Shown here: positions 1 to 12,100 of the stretch, piece by piece
How positions within the stretch are numbered: the first letter of the stretch is position 1
Layout: every line of letters starts with the position of its first letter
Source: Antedon mediterranea
Taxonomy: Eukaryota > Animalia > Echinodermata
Reading direction: 5' to 3'
Assembly: GCF_964355755.1 (NCBI RefSeq)
Contig: NC_092675.1
Location: forward strand, 5,327,812 to 5,391,811
Length of the DNA stretch: 64,000 nt
Translations under genes and position numbers: made by a program
Notes under the pieces: generated by a model
What the model was told of the DNA's origin: nothing
Database searches by the model: none
What the model saw: the letters and a program-made list of their open reading frames with translations, nothing else

Positions 1-3000
1 ATCCATTCTCATCATACCTGTGAATAAAGGTGGTAAATATAATGATTAGAAGAATTTGTCGAATTTTTAAGAACTTATTTACCTGGCGCCCTCTATATCG
101 TCACACAATTAATGTTGTAAATCGTACCTTGAAATTGCGTGCTGCGCTTACTCGATTGCGCCAATTAGTCGACAACAGGTTATTTAATTATCTTATTCTC
201 TTATATCAACATGTCCTTATAAAGTTTAAAACCAGTTGCAATTGAAGTAAAAGTTCAAGGTATCGGATATAGAACATATTTGAACAACACAACAAATTGT
301 ATATTTTCCGCACATGGAAAGAAAATGGTGTCGTTCTTTTTATAATGTGTGAGCCTAGCAATTGATAGGCTTATACAATCCAACAATGATCAATCGTTAC
401 CATAGAAGTGAATAATAAATTGTATGCGTACTTGGACCAGAGCTTTTCGAATTCGTCATCATCCATATAAAATAACAATTTGTTGAGAGCGTTTCTAAAT
501 TCTGGTTTTAAGATTCGCCCACTACCACCTGGATTTATCTGCGGTATTAACTCAGCAATATGAACTAGTCTGGAAAAAAAATGAATTTTTAATGAATGAA
601 GGAAATATTTTATAAATTTAGAAGTGGCTAATTTTGAGAAAGTCGATGACGACCAACATAACTTTCGATTTTACAACGCGACACCAAGTTAGACGTTACA
701 ACCAATAGCTAGCTAAGCATGCGTGCAACCCTCAAGCCAACCCCGCGCGCTAAAACATTGTGTAGACAAGCTAGTTACGCCTCGTGCCTCTTCGTAGTCT
801 TCAGTTATAGGCCTACACACTTGCTGAAATGATTAGATAAAAAAAAATCGAAGATATATCAAATTCTTATATTTTTCTGCATTGAAAATGACACAATGTT
901 CATGTTACCTTTGTCGAGCCTTTTCCTTTAGCTGCGCGTGCACTTGCGCTGACGTCATTGTAAGTTTATCCAGGTTATGTCGATTTATGGGATCAAGCCA
1001 AGACGGTAGATCATTGTTGACAGTTTCTCTAAAACATGCATGGAACTCTTCTAGACGAATCACTTGCTTGTCACCAAGATTTAATCTAAACATGATTACA
1101 CAAACATAAAGAATATTATAAGATAATGTATTTTGTATAGGTTGTATATCAATACGTAAGCAGGTAAAGCTTGGTTCCCACTAGACGCAACGCAAAGGTA
1201 ACCCGCAACGCAAGCGAATTGACCAATCACAAGCAACAGTTTGAATAATCAATCTATTTTGATTGGTCAAATCACTTGCGTTACGTCCTTGCGTTGCATC
1301 CTAGTGGGAACCAAGCTTACAACTTGATTCCCGTTGTTCAGTTCTGGTACATGAGATAGGATCGACATACGTATTTGTGCATTTGGTAACAAGCCATCGT
1401 TGTAACTAAATTACGTGAACAATAACGTTTTTAGTGATACGTCACAGTCAATATAAAAAACCCAAGACTACAGTTTATGACGACATTACGTTTAATACAT
1501 TTAATATGATCATAATTTTAATAGAATGACGTAACGCTTTTAAATGACGTAACTTACCTAATCAGCAATAGGTTGAAATGCTTGGTGCTAAGGAATCGAC
1601 CAAGGAATGCAGTGAGCGCCCGATGGAGAGCCTCGCGAGCCAGGTTACCTCTGCCTTCGGGATCGTTCGCAATGAATAACTTTTTAATGTCGTAGTAATT
1701 TTTCTTTAACTTTTCTCGTAAAATCATCTCCAACTGAAAATGATATTTGTAATGAAAAGTGATAAAAATACAGAACAAACATATCCTCTAAATTATGTAT
1801 GGTAAAGTTCTGCCCATAATTAAAAGGCCGAGCGGTTAAGACAGTGGAACCGCAATTACGTAGCCATAACATCGGCATGGGTTCGAGGCTCACTCACTCC
1901 ATGGTTCTGGTGGTAGAACGAGTCTTCTCGGATAAGGACTATAAACCGTAGGTCCAGTGTACACATCTAGCTCGTGTGCACTTTAAAGAACCTAGTACAT
2001 CTTTCGAGACGAGTAGGGGGTTACCCCGGTGTATTAGTACATCACAGCCACTGATCACCAACTGGGCCCTCTGGGAGACCAGTCTTTGACTGAAGAGGTT
2101 ACCCAGTATAAATATATATTTCAATTCAAAAAAGAGTTTTAATAAGGAGCAAAAAAAGTAATGAAAAGTATTGAAAGTTGACAACAAATTGATAGGCATA
2201 AATAAAAATGTGTCTTGTTTAATGTATTAATATTAAAATCCATCAATTATGGCCAACCAGGCCTGGTACTGTAATAATGATACATTGTCTATAATAATTA
2301 TAGATTATAATAAAATCATTTCGTTTTTCAAGTATCTTATACGTGTTTAGACATTACCTAACGTTTATTCGTTTTAACATTGAAATCCATCACAGGAATT
2401 GCACAGATTAAGGACATCTAATTTGTCAATGAGACAACAGAAATAGACTGTTGTCATAGGAACAAAGTGGCTGTAAACGGATAGCTGGTTGGGTAATTAT
2501 CCGAACACATTAAACAAGAAACATGAAACTAAATCGAAGAAGCTTTTATTATTTATTCATAACAATCGTATTAGCTCTTTAATTCGTTATTGAATCAGGG
2601 TAACGTCTTTAACGAAATTGTTTGAGTTGTTGTCTCTCTGCATGCATCGTAAATAATCAATTAATGCATCAGCTGTTAAATAAATTCCGCACCAACTTTA
2701 AATTTATATATACAATGCTGCGATGTATCTTCTATAGTCAGTTGTCTGAAATACATTTGTAGAATATTAGCTATTTTTTACCTCATCAACTTCCAGCCTA
2801 AGTTTTGTTTCAGGTCTTGGTAAGCGGGATGCGGTACTTCCACGGCTCTCACCCCTACTCAGCATATCAGCTCTTGACCCTAAAAGAAAAATATTCATTA
2901 TTCAAGTGGAAGTTGGGATATGGGGATTTGCCTTACCAACTCAAATGTCAAACAATACTTTCAATCCTTTTTTAATTCTTAAAATTGACATAACATGTTC

Positions 3001-3721
3001 ATTATTTATTCTAGATAGTTGTTGTGTAGAAATTACTTATTTTATATTCTTAATTATCTTCTAACTATTAGCCAACCCCACCCTTCCACTTTTTAAATTT
3101 TTTTATTGAGAATCAATTTTAAGAAGGTCGTAATACAAAAATGCGATTTTTTATTGATGTTAAAATCAATGTATACGCTGCCATCTTGATTTAAAGAGAG
3201 ATTTTATGAGCGCAGTGTATGTATAGTTGGTTACCATAGAGATGGTCATAACCTTTTTACAATAAGTCACTTAATCATGTGTCCTTGGGGTAACACATTT
3301 AACCTTTTTGACGGATGGTTTAAAAGAATTTGGTTTCTTAATTTCGTTCTTCCTTATTATGAGTCTACAATATCAAAACTCAGCTACATTTGTAACGATG
3401 GTGACCATTAATTACAAAATTATAAAAAGTGTTCTTTTACGGACTGATCGGTCCAGCGTAATTTGAACAACAGAAAATAGACACGTGTTTTTTTCAATTA
3501 AAACAAAATAATTTATACATTTTTCTAAAAATCAATGTACTACATATTAGTATGAAAATGAGATCCAAACAGATCCGAAGGTATTTTTGTGACTAATGAA
3601 TATTATTTTTAATATAATTAATCTAAAAGAGGTTGAACATAAGCAATCAATCGAGGCCTATGGCCTATGGTAAGCAAAGAGGCCTTATAAAGTTGTCATA
3701 TCAAAAGAGTGTGCTTCCAAA

Positions 3722-3761
<40 letters not shown>

Positions 3762-4265
3762 CATGATTGATGATGACGTTGACGATGGTGTTAAGGGTAC
3801 TCTGTGAGAAGGAGAAATCTCGGACGGAGGATGCTCATTAAGGATTAAAAACAATACAATAATATAAAAATGACGATAACTAATGATAGATTACAGCAGG
3901 CCTATATTATTAAGTGCATACTTACCAAATATAGGAATCTTGGTTTTGTTTTCGTTATCACTTTCCTCTATGTGAACAGGCAAACTTTGTGAAAATGGCC
4001 GTGGGATTTTAGGAAACGAACGTTTTAAATCCTCACTTTCTCTATTTCCATGAGAGCTCTTCGTCAGTCTTGGTGCTAAAAACGGTATTTCATCCGAAAG
4101 CCTGGGTTGTGTCGTGGGTCGTCCTTGCCTGCTAGATAGGCCTCTTACATTCAGTTTGTCAGGGTTTCCTAGTCGAGAAAGGGGGTGCTGAATTTTTGGT
4201 AGATTTAAACCAACTCTACCACTTGCTTGCGTGCCTGGCCGGCTATCAACGCCTGCCTGAGACAT
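1..4265 (-). CDS. EFCAB6: EF-hand calcium-binding domain protein, EFCAB6-like; 5' part only, gene continues beyond the left edge
   Basis: Phase-consistent GT-AG exons: 4265-3926 (ATG, MSQAGVDSRPG...), 2879-2782, 1733-1558 (LEMILREKLKKNYYDIKKLFIANDPEGRGNLARE), 1085-909, 569-432 (GSGRILKPEFRNALNKLLFYMDDDEFEKLWSK), 17-1 (YDENG). Repeated degenerate EF-hand pairs of the 'F..D..G.G.....E / MDD.EF.KLW..YD' type are characteristic of EFCAB6. Orthology inferred from motif memory. Confidence 0.72.
1167..1318. mobile_element. Palindromic MITE (AAGCTTGGTTCCCACTAG...CTAGTGGGAACCAAGCTT), copy 1
   Basis: Near-perfect terminal inverted repeats and internal GCAACGCAA/TTGCGTTGC symmetry; second copy at 19028-19209. 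Confidence 0.8.
1826..2112 (+). mobile_element. tRNA-derived SINE with Deu/Nin-like central domain, copy 1
   Basis: A box GGCCGAGCGG, B box GGTTCGAGGC, central GGATAAGGACTATAAACCGTAGGTCC...GCACTTTAAAGAACC...GAGTAGGGGGTTACCCCGGTGT resembling the Deu/Nin domain, A-rich tail; near-identical reverse copies at 27579-27875 and 34101-34405. Confidence 0.85.
3721..3762. repeat. (GAT)n microsatellite
   Basis: About 13 perfect GAT units in EFCAB6-like intron 1. Confidence 0.95.
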
Positions 4266-4421
4266 AGTTGTTACTTTATTAAAAATTCACCAAATAAAAT
4301 ACAAGATCGCTTAAAGTTTCTACTAAATGTGATTAAATTTCAACACAGGTTCGAAGTATACACTTAACTGATTGTGTATGTTTGTCTATACAAATCCAGA
4401 TCGGTCATATCATGCTTGTTT

Positions 4422-4436
4422 GTTGTTATGGGCAAC
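4422..4436. promoter_or_regulatory. RFX X-box candidate in the EFCAB6-like promoter
   Basis: GTTGTTATGGGCAAC about 160 nt upstream of the ATG matches the X-box pattern GTTNYY-AT-GGCAAC; similar sites at 2450-2463 and 3230-3243. Confidence 0.55.
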
Positions 4437-5741
4437 GTGGATGTATTGACATGTAAATGAGGTCCTGAATGACTTGCTTGGTTCGTGAGTGGAACTGTTG
4501 CTATAGGCTTTGTTGTCAATAAGAATAGAGGGCTTAACTGAGTTCGAACTTACAGAAGTCCACAAGTACTATGACATGAACGTGATATATTAGGTATAAT
4601 TTTATCGGTTGTATTAAATTATAGATTTATATAAACAGACTTTGTAACGTCACTTTCTGAAATTAAGTAGTCTGGAACGCATGTTTATTTAAAGTTCATA
4701 TTTTCTGATAGTGACGATAAAACCCCCGTAAGTTGTTGATATAGGGCTCATCGATATATAACATCGAACATATTGAAATCGTATACAAAGATCAAATACA
4801 ATGTTTTATAAGTATTTAATAAAAATGTCTACTAAAAACGTGAACAACCATGCTAATATTCAATAACAGTTTTTAATAATCGGTCTAATGTTTACAATAC
4901 GGTAAATTAATGACACAAATGTCTACGTTTCGGATTATGAGCAAGTTATTAATTATTTCTACTAATTATTCTAGCCATTTAGATTGTTGTGAACTTGGAT
5001 AATTCCAATGTGGACGATCTTTGACAATGGTTCTATTCACATTTTCCGTTTTCAGCAAAAATAAGCTGTTTTTTAGCCATTTTGGCAATAAGCAACTAAA
5101 ATAAAGCAAGTTTTATATAAATTATCTAGGCCTACTCTGAAACACAAATTATGCACTCAGCTCAAGCTACAAAAACCGGTAGTGGTGGCTTGTTTTATTT
5201 TGTTATAGGCCTACTATGTAACCATATTAACAAAAAGCAGATATGTTACTGTATCCGAGCCTGCCAATCTAACAAATTGCGTTGAAAAAGTCAATATCAA
5301 TACACGTTTTAATGTATTTTATACCACTATCACCGCCCCACATCCCCGACCTTATTGTACTTTCAACTTTGTCAAACAAAAAAGTCATAGGCCTACATTG
5401 ACAAAGAGTGATAAGAATAGTTATAAAACTAATCAAGCTTAACACCATCTAGATAACAAAACAAGATAATTATTTATACACTAAAATTAATTTATTGCAA
5501 AACATAAGTAATCTGGATATATCACATATTTAACTGTCAACTTATTTTACACCATTTGATAACTTTTTGAAACTGGACATTAACATTAAATAAATCAAGA
5601 ATATTTCCATCAAAAGGGTGGAATAAATTTGTGTCATCTGCAAATAATCGAAAATCAAAAATCGGTAAAATTAGAGATCGTTGTAAATATTGTAAATAAA
5701 AAAGAGTGGTTCCCAAAAGAGGGATATCATTTAACTATATA

Positions 5742-6020
5742 TTAAAGAGGTATTTTCCTCCTGAAAAAATAATTCTTAACAAATTTTTTGTTGAATTTGC
5801 CATTTTAATTTCACCTAATAACGAAAAAAAAATGTATTTACCTGAAAAAACTGTAATTTAAAGCAAAAAATGGTCAAATTGGCTGCCAGTCAATTGGTTG
5901 TTGGTTGAATTTAAGCATTTATTTTGTTTTCTACGGAAGTGATTAACTTCATTAAAACTACAAAATAACCTATTCAAAGTCTGATTCAATTAATCTTCAT
6001 TTTTCATGTTTTTTGGGGAA
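5742..6020. mobile_element. Degenerate MITE of the TTAAAGATGTATTGTCCCC family
   Basis: Shares sequence with 20342-20620, 25974-26292 (both ends intact) and 44030-44150. Confidence 0.55.
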
Positions 6021-6149
6021 GTCAGTAGGCTACACGGTTAAACTCAACTCGATCTTAAACTCAATTCTATACAGAGGCATACGATTTCCTTCGTTTGGCC
6101 TTTATTCGATTGTATGGTATTTACAAAAAAAAGTGTTTGATCAATCAAA

Positions 6150-9100
6150 TTAAACATCAGTCACTTCTACATTGTCATCCCCTTCTACTGCAGGATTAGC
6201 TATACCTTTAGATTTATCATAATCTTGGAGAATTAACAAAAGATCGTCTTTCGGATTTTCATGAATGTGGTCGTCTGCTTTAGGTTTCCGGAGCGTCTCA
6301 GATGCCTCACTTGCATTACTGGGTTCACTGTTAACAAAATAAAATAATTAAATTATATCATGAATATTCATTCAATTAATGCTAATAAAAGTGTATATAT
6401 AATCCCCGATATAATCCTAATTTTGGTAAAGAAGAATAAAGTGTAAACATAGAAAACAAATCCTAAATAAAAAAAAAGTTATTTTTTTAAATAAACGTGC
6501 ATGTGTAGGCCTACCATCAATTGGCTGTCAATCAATTGATTATCACCGATATTTTTTCAATTCAAATAAATATAAATTTAAATATAATTTGACAAATATA
6601 AATAAAATTAGGCCTATTATAAATATAAATAAACTTTCTTCAAATTAATATTTGAAGAAAGAGATGTAATGAATTAAATAATATCAATAACGAAATATGT
6701 CTTGGTTTTTATAATATATTTTGATACTATAAACGAATTTGGAACAAGGCTATAATAACAGTTTTTTAGCTTGTTTCTGGAGAGGATGATCGACTTACTT
6801 TTCTTCACCATCATCTTCCTCATCTAACAATGGATTACTGTAAATAAATATTCAGAATTAAATACAGTTATAAGCAGTATTTAACTACACCATTATTATT
6901 TGCCACTAAAGTATATTAATAATTATATTTTTTTTTAAATAAAATGAATGAATATGAAATATCAATATTCACTTATTCTGTGGTAGTCTGGGAAGGAAGA
7001 TGGATATCGCATATAAGAAGAAAATATACATGCAATTATGTAAATAATAATACACATGCATAATAATATAAATATGGCATTCATAAACATACCCCTTTTC
7101 AGCGAACTTGTTCGTGCCTGATAGCGGTGTAGGCTTGACGAAATTCTTGTATATCTCAGCATTTGCAACTTTCAGCTTTCTTCGTAACCTATTCAACAAA
7201 TTAAAATGTTTTCAAATGTGATGGTAGTGGTGATCTGGCCTGGTAGTGCCAGATTCAAACTTAAAGGACAACTTTACCGAAAACCATATTTTAACAACGT
7301 ATTAGGGATGTACATATTTATGTTTTCAGAACAATCGCGATATTTACGATATCGCCGCGCGCGCTTGCCGTACAGCCGTAGCCGTAAATTGTTGTGACGT
7401 CACAAGTGCATGGCAAAATCTACCTCAACTCATGAGTTTTCACTGTTGTTAAACACACAAGAGATAGGTAACGTTGCTAATTTGACCTGTATTAGGCTTA
7501 AATTTACCAAAATGTTTGGTCTGGTATTTTGATGCAACACGTTAATATCCAGATAGGGAAAAGAAACAATAAAACAATTCAACATTTATATTGCTTACGA
7601 TTTATTTAAAAAGTTTGTTTACTAGAAATGTTCGCGCTTTTCCAGACTTGTCTATTTACACGAAAGAGTAGCTAGAAACATGACGTATGATGCTCGGGAA
7701 TCATTCAACCATATCGCACTAAAAACTTTTTTTTTAATTCGATCTCGGTGATTTTTGGTGAATAAAGACGATGGTGTTTATAGTAATCTTCACCGGCCTA
7801 CCCTTGTACTCTCGACGATATCATAAATCTCGCGATTGTTCTGAAATCATATGTACATCCCTAATACATTGTTAAAATAAAGTTCTCGGGAAAGTTGTCC
7901 TTTAATACTACCATCATATATTTCAATGTATTGCTAACTTGATAACTTGTATAGTTACTTCAAACTAAAAAAACAAACTATACTTTCCAACCAAAAATCA
8001 AACATTAACATATGTAAATATACTAAACAAATACAACAACAATCAAAATATATCATTTTTGTACTTACGATGAGCGCCAAAATACAAAAGCAATGACCCA
8101 TAATGACAGAATGAAGATGAGAACAAAAGAAAAGGTAAAAAAGAACCACTGCAACGCATTTAGAGTGTCAAACACAGGGTCAGGATCTGGTATTGCTTTC
8201 TGTAATTAAAATCAAATATTGATTGATTGATTAATTTGTTTATTCAATATTCAATAGATAAAAATTCAATAAATGTTCTCCACACATATATTAAAAATAC
8301 ATAAAGTAATAATTATATAAACACTTGTGATAATAACCAATAAAAAACACAGTATGTGTGGAAGGAAATATATAGGCCTAAGTTTAAAAACTTTACGCCT
8401 AGGCTCCCAGAAAAAAAAAATTAACTGTGTTGTTTTTTATGAGAATAAAAAAAAACTGTACTGTAACATAACTTATTCTATACAGTTAACATATTAAAAT
8501 AACAATAAACAAAAACCACAAACCACGACTTCCATGACACGATATGTATTCTTTAAGTCTGCATATATAGTGTAGGCTTGATCTATAGCACTATGAAAGA
8601 AAACAATATTTAAAACAGTTCATCTATGGTATAAATCATCATTAATACCTTTCAAAAACTATGACACTGTAATGATAATAATAATTGTCTTATTGTACAC
8701 AATTATGATTGTAATAATACACAATGCATTAATTATAATTAATAATTGTGTTATGTTATTGAACAAAATTTAGATATAGTAACTGCATTTTGAAAACCAC
8801 TGAGATTCCAGAAAACCATTTAATAGTGTCATAATACTGTATGAAGCAATACTGTAATAATACTGTAATACGATAGATGCAGCAGCGAGATGTTATCTAT
8901 TATAAAACTATAAAGAGTTGAAAGATGGTAGACTGTCACAGGTTATAATACTGTACTTACGTTATAAGAATGCCATACGAAATGACTTTATTAGTTGTTA
9001 CATTTACTCCATGTATTCTCATATCAGTCCTAAAAAAGTTTGACAAATATGATACACATGTAGACAGACATTGTCATTATAACAGAAACTATTTTGTGCA

Positions 9101-12100
9101 CAAACAAAACAAAAACATACTACGCAAAATCGATATTTTTGTGAATATAAACAATAATTTGTTATATTTACAACAGAAAGACCTTCTGTGATATAAACAC
9201 ACACAAAAATAAGGCTCTGACAAACTTCTTAAAGTCTATTAGGGACTGGTGTAACTTAAGCATAATATATAACTATGTAACTTATACATAAATATATACT
9301 GTAACTTACAAGCCTAAAACCAAGTATATGGTTGAGTTAAAACAGCACGATGTTGGCTGGACAGACTGAGCATAATTTTAAACTTTACTTACATACTAGT
9401 TATAGGTATATCTTCATCATCTAAATGAACAGTGATGTAGTCAATGTTTATAAGATATTCTGTTGCATTACCCACAATGCTATAAATACAAATATATATA
9501 TCTTTTTTAATACATTTATTAATATAATTTCTTATTATTAAACTGTAAAGATGAGGAAATCTGCGGTTAGTGACTACAAATGTTATTATTTAATCTTTAT
9601 GTTATTTTAATCTCTCTAAATTTTACTTTTAATTCTTCAGATAAATACCCTGTGAACGATTTTTCCTCTTCTAATATTAAAGTAGATTTTTTGTCAAATA
9701 CAACTTTAACTTGGTTCTCATTAGGGTTCATGAGATAAATCTATATGTAAGAAAAAAATGTAAATTTAGATTAAAATAAACCATGAAATTGGTGAATATC
9801 ACTAGCAGAAATGCATAAGCTAGGGATCCAAATATTAGACCGTTTAAAAAAATATATATTTTGGGAACTAGCCTTACAGTACGTCTCTGGAGTACAAAAG
9901 CAGTATAATACAACATTAATAGTTTAATGGGCAAATTGAACAATTTTTGAAAGGGATATACACTTGTATTGGCACCATCACATGACATGTAGGCTACCAA
10001 CCATACAAAAAGTTCCAAAATCTACTAAATAAACACCTAGTTTCCTTGATATAACTCTGAAATAGTTCTTACTGAAACACTAGCAGTATCCTTGTAACCT
10101 CCAGCTCCTACTACCTCAACATCAAGTTCAAAATAGCCTTTGTCATCAGAATGAAAGAGATTGGAAAGGGTTATCCACCCATTGGCTGGAATCGGTATAT
10201 CAAAAAATGTTATTGCATTTGACTGTGGCTTATCTTCTGTAAAACAAAAACAAAAAAGTTTACTATAAATTGTTTGTGTAGTGTAAAACTAAATTCTTCA
10301 TATAATTGTTCCATAAATGATCTAATATTTGGTTTAGAAGAAAGTTTAAAATAATTCCAGTACATGGAATTCGAACTAACAATGAGCAAGACGGATTAAC
10401 TTTGAGATGTTTCTGTGCCATTTTTCTGTATCCCTAAGATGCAGTACTGTATCCTCATTATCTCCATTAGATGATTTTATGCATTTAAACTTCATGAAAT
10501 ATGCATAGTAGTTTACTAGGAAATTTGTATGACTTATGTAAATTATGCATTACATCATCAGGCGGGACTCCAGGTGCTCACAAATTAAATTCTCCCTATT
10601 GATCATTAATGTTATTCATTCAAAATACACAATTATTTGTTTACGTACCAACATATTGAATTTCATTCATTATATAATACTCCATCTCTGCATTAACTCC
10701 TATATCTTTGTCAGTTGCCACTAACTGAATAATAGATGTGCCATAGTTATAAGTAGATGTTACACCTGTTATGATAAAATATGCAAAATAAAGTTTAAAA
10801 TATATTTTGTACAAATTAATAAGATGCTACTGTACTTCATCATTCATCATCATTTGTTTACTAATCATGCTCATAGAGTTTTAAATTACAAAAAGAAGTT
10901 GTTTATTACTGAACTTCGGTTTCTTCGCATGGCCAGAGGATTGGTGAATACGACCACTGGCCCCAAACCGAGACCTGTATTTGTGCTACACAATTCAAGA
11001 TGGGAGGATACCTCATTGCACATTCTCCCATCTCCCATTAATAAAGTTTAAAATATATTTTGTACAAATTAATAAGATGCTACTGCACTTCATCATTCAT
11101 CATCATTTGTTTACTAATCATGCTCATAGAGTTTTAAATTACAAAAAGAAGTTGTTTATTACTGAACTTCGGTTTCTTCGCATGGCCAGAGGATTGGTAA
11201 ATACGACCACTGGCCCCAAACCGAGACCTGTATTTGTGCTACATAATTCAAGATGGGAGGATACCTCATTGCACATTCTCCCATCTCCCATTAATAAAGT
11301 TTAAAATATATTTTGTACAAATTAATAAGATGCTACTGTACTTTATCATTCATCATCATTTGTTTACTAATCATGCTCATAGAGTTTTAAATTACAAAAA
11401 GAAGTTGTTTATTACTGAACTTCGGTTTCTTCGCATGGCCAGAGGATTGGTGAATACGACCACTGGCCCCAAACCGAGACCTGTATTTGTGCTACATAAT
11501 TCAAGATGGGAGGATACCTCATTGCACATTCTCCCATCTCCCATTAATAAAGTTTAAAATATATTTTGTACAAATTAATAAGATGCTACTGTACTTCATC
11601 ATTCATCATCATTTGTTTACTAATCATGCTCATAGAGTTTTAAATTACAAAAAGAAGTTGTTTATTACTGAAATTCGGTTTCTTCGCATGGCCAGAGGAT
11701 TGGTGAATACGACCACTGGCCCCAAACCGAGCAAGACCTGTATTTGTGCTACATAATTCAAGATGGGAGGATACCTCATTGCAAATTCTCCCATTGTTTC
11801 ATGCCTTGCTATTTGCTATGCAGACATTGACACTGTTTTTTTATTAAAACTGGATCTATACTTAATTAGTGGATACTTTTTTTTACCTGCAGTGTAAGTA
11901 TCTTCTGTAAATATAGGTGGATTATCATTCTCATCAATTATTTCAATTTTGACCTGCAGTAGTGTTTGATCATTCAGTGGGTCAAATGTTGATGTAGTTG
12001 TTTTTAGACTCAAGTCATCGTTTGGGCATTTTTGTCCTAGTTCATAATTCATATCATTTGATGCCTTGACGATGAGAGTGTAATTAGCTTGGTCTTCACG

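Noticed and set aside
2040-2110. Hammerhead ribozyme (CTGAAGAG) in the SINE tail
   Set aside because: No correctly placed GAAA and stem I-III arrangement could be built; it is more simply a LINE-derived 3' hairpin.
1939-2199. ORFs 1939-2199 (-) and 27544-27753 (+) with near-identical peptides
   Set aside because: Both are antisense translations of the same SINE family.
3700-3840. Poly-Ser coding exon over the (GAT)n tract
   Set aside because: Flanking exons 3926 and 2879 already join in frame and no convincing splice sites bound this tract.
10905-10985. HDV-like ribozyme in the 253-bp unit (GCGAA next to a stem on the minus strand)
   Set aside because: Pairing is a simple nested hairpin with no P1/P3 pseudoknot elements.
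10824-11756. Four repeated plus-strand ORFs (MLLYFIIHHHLFTNHAHRV...)
   Set aside because: Products of the 253-bp tandem unit (not a multiple of 3), antisense within a cadherin intron, with no recognisable domain.
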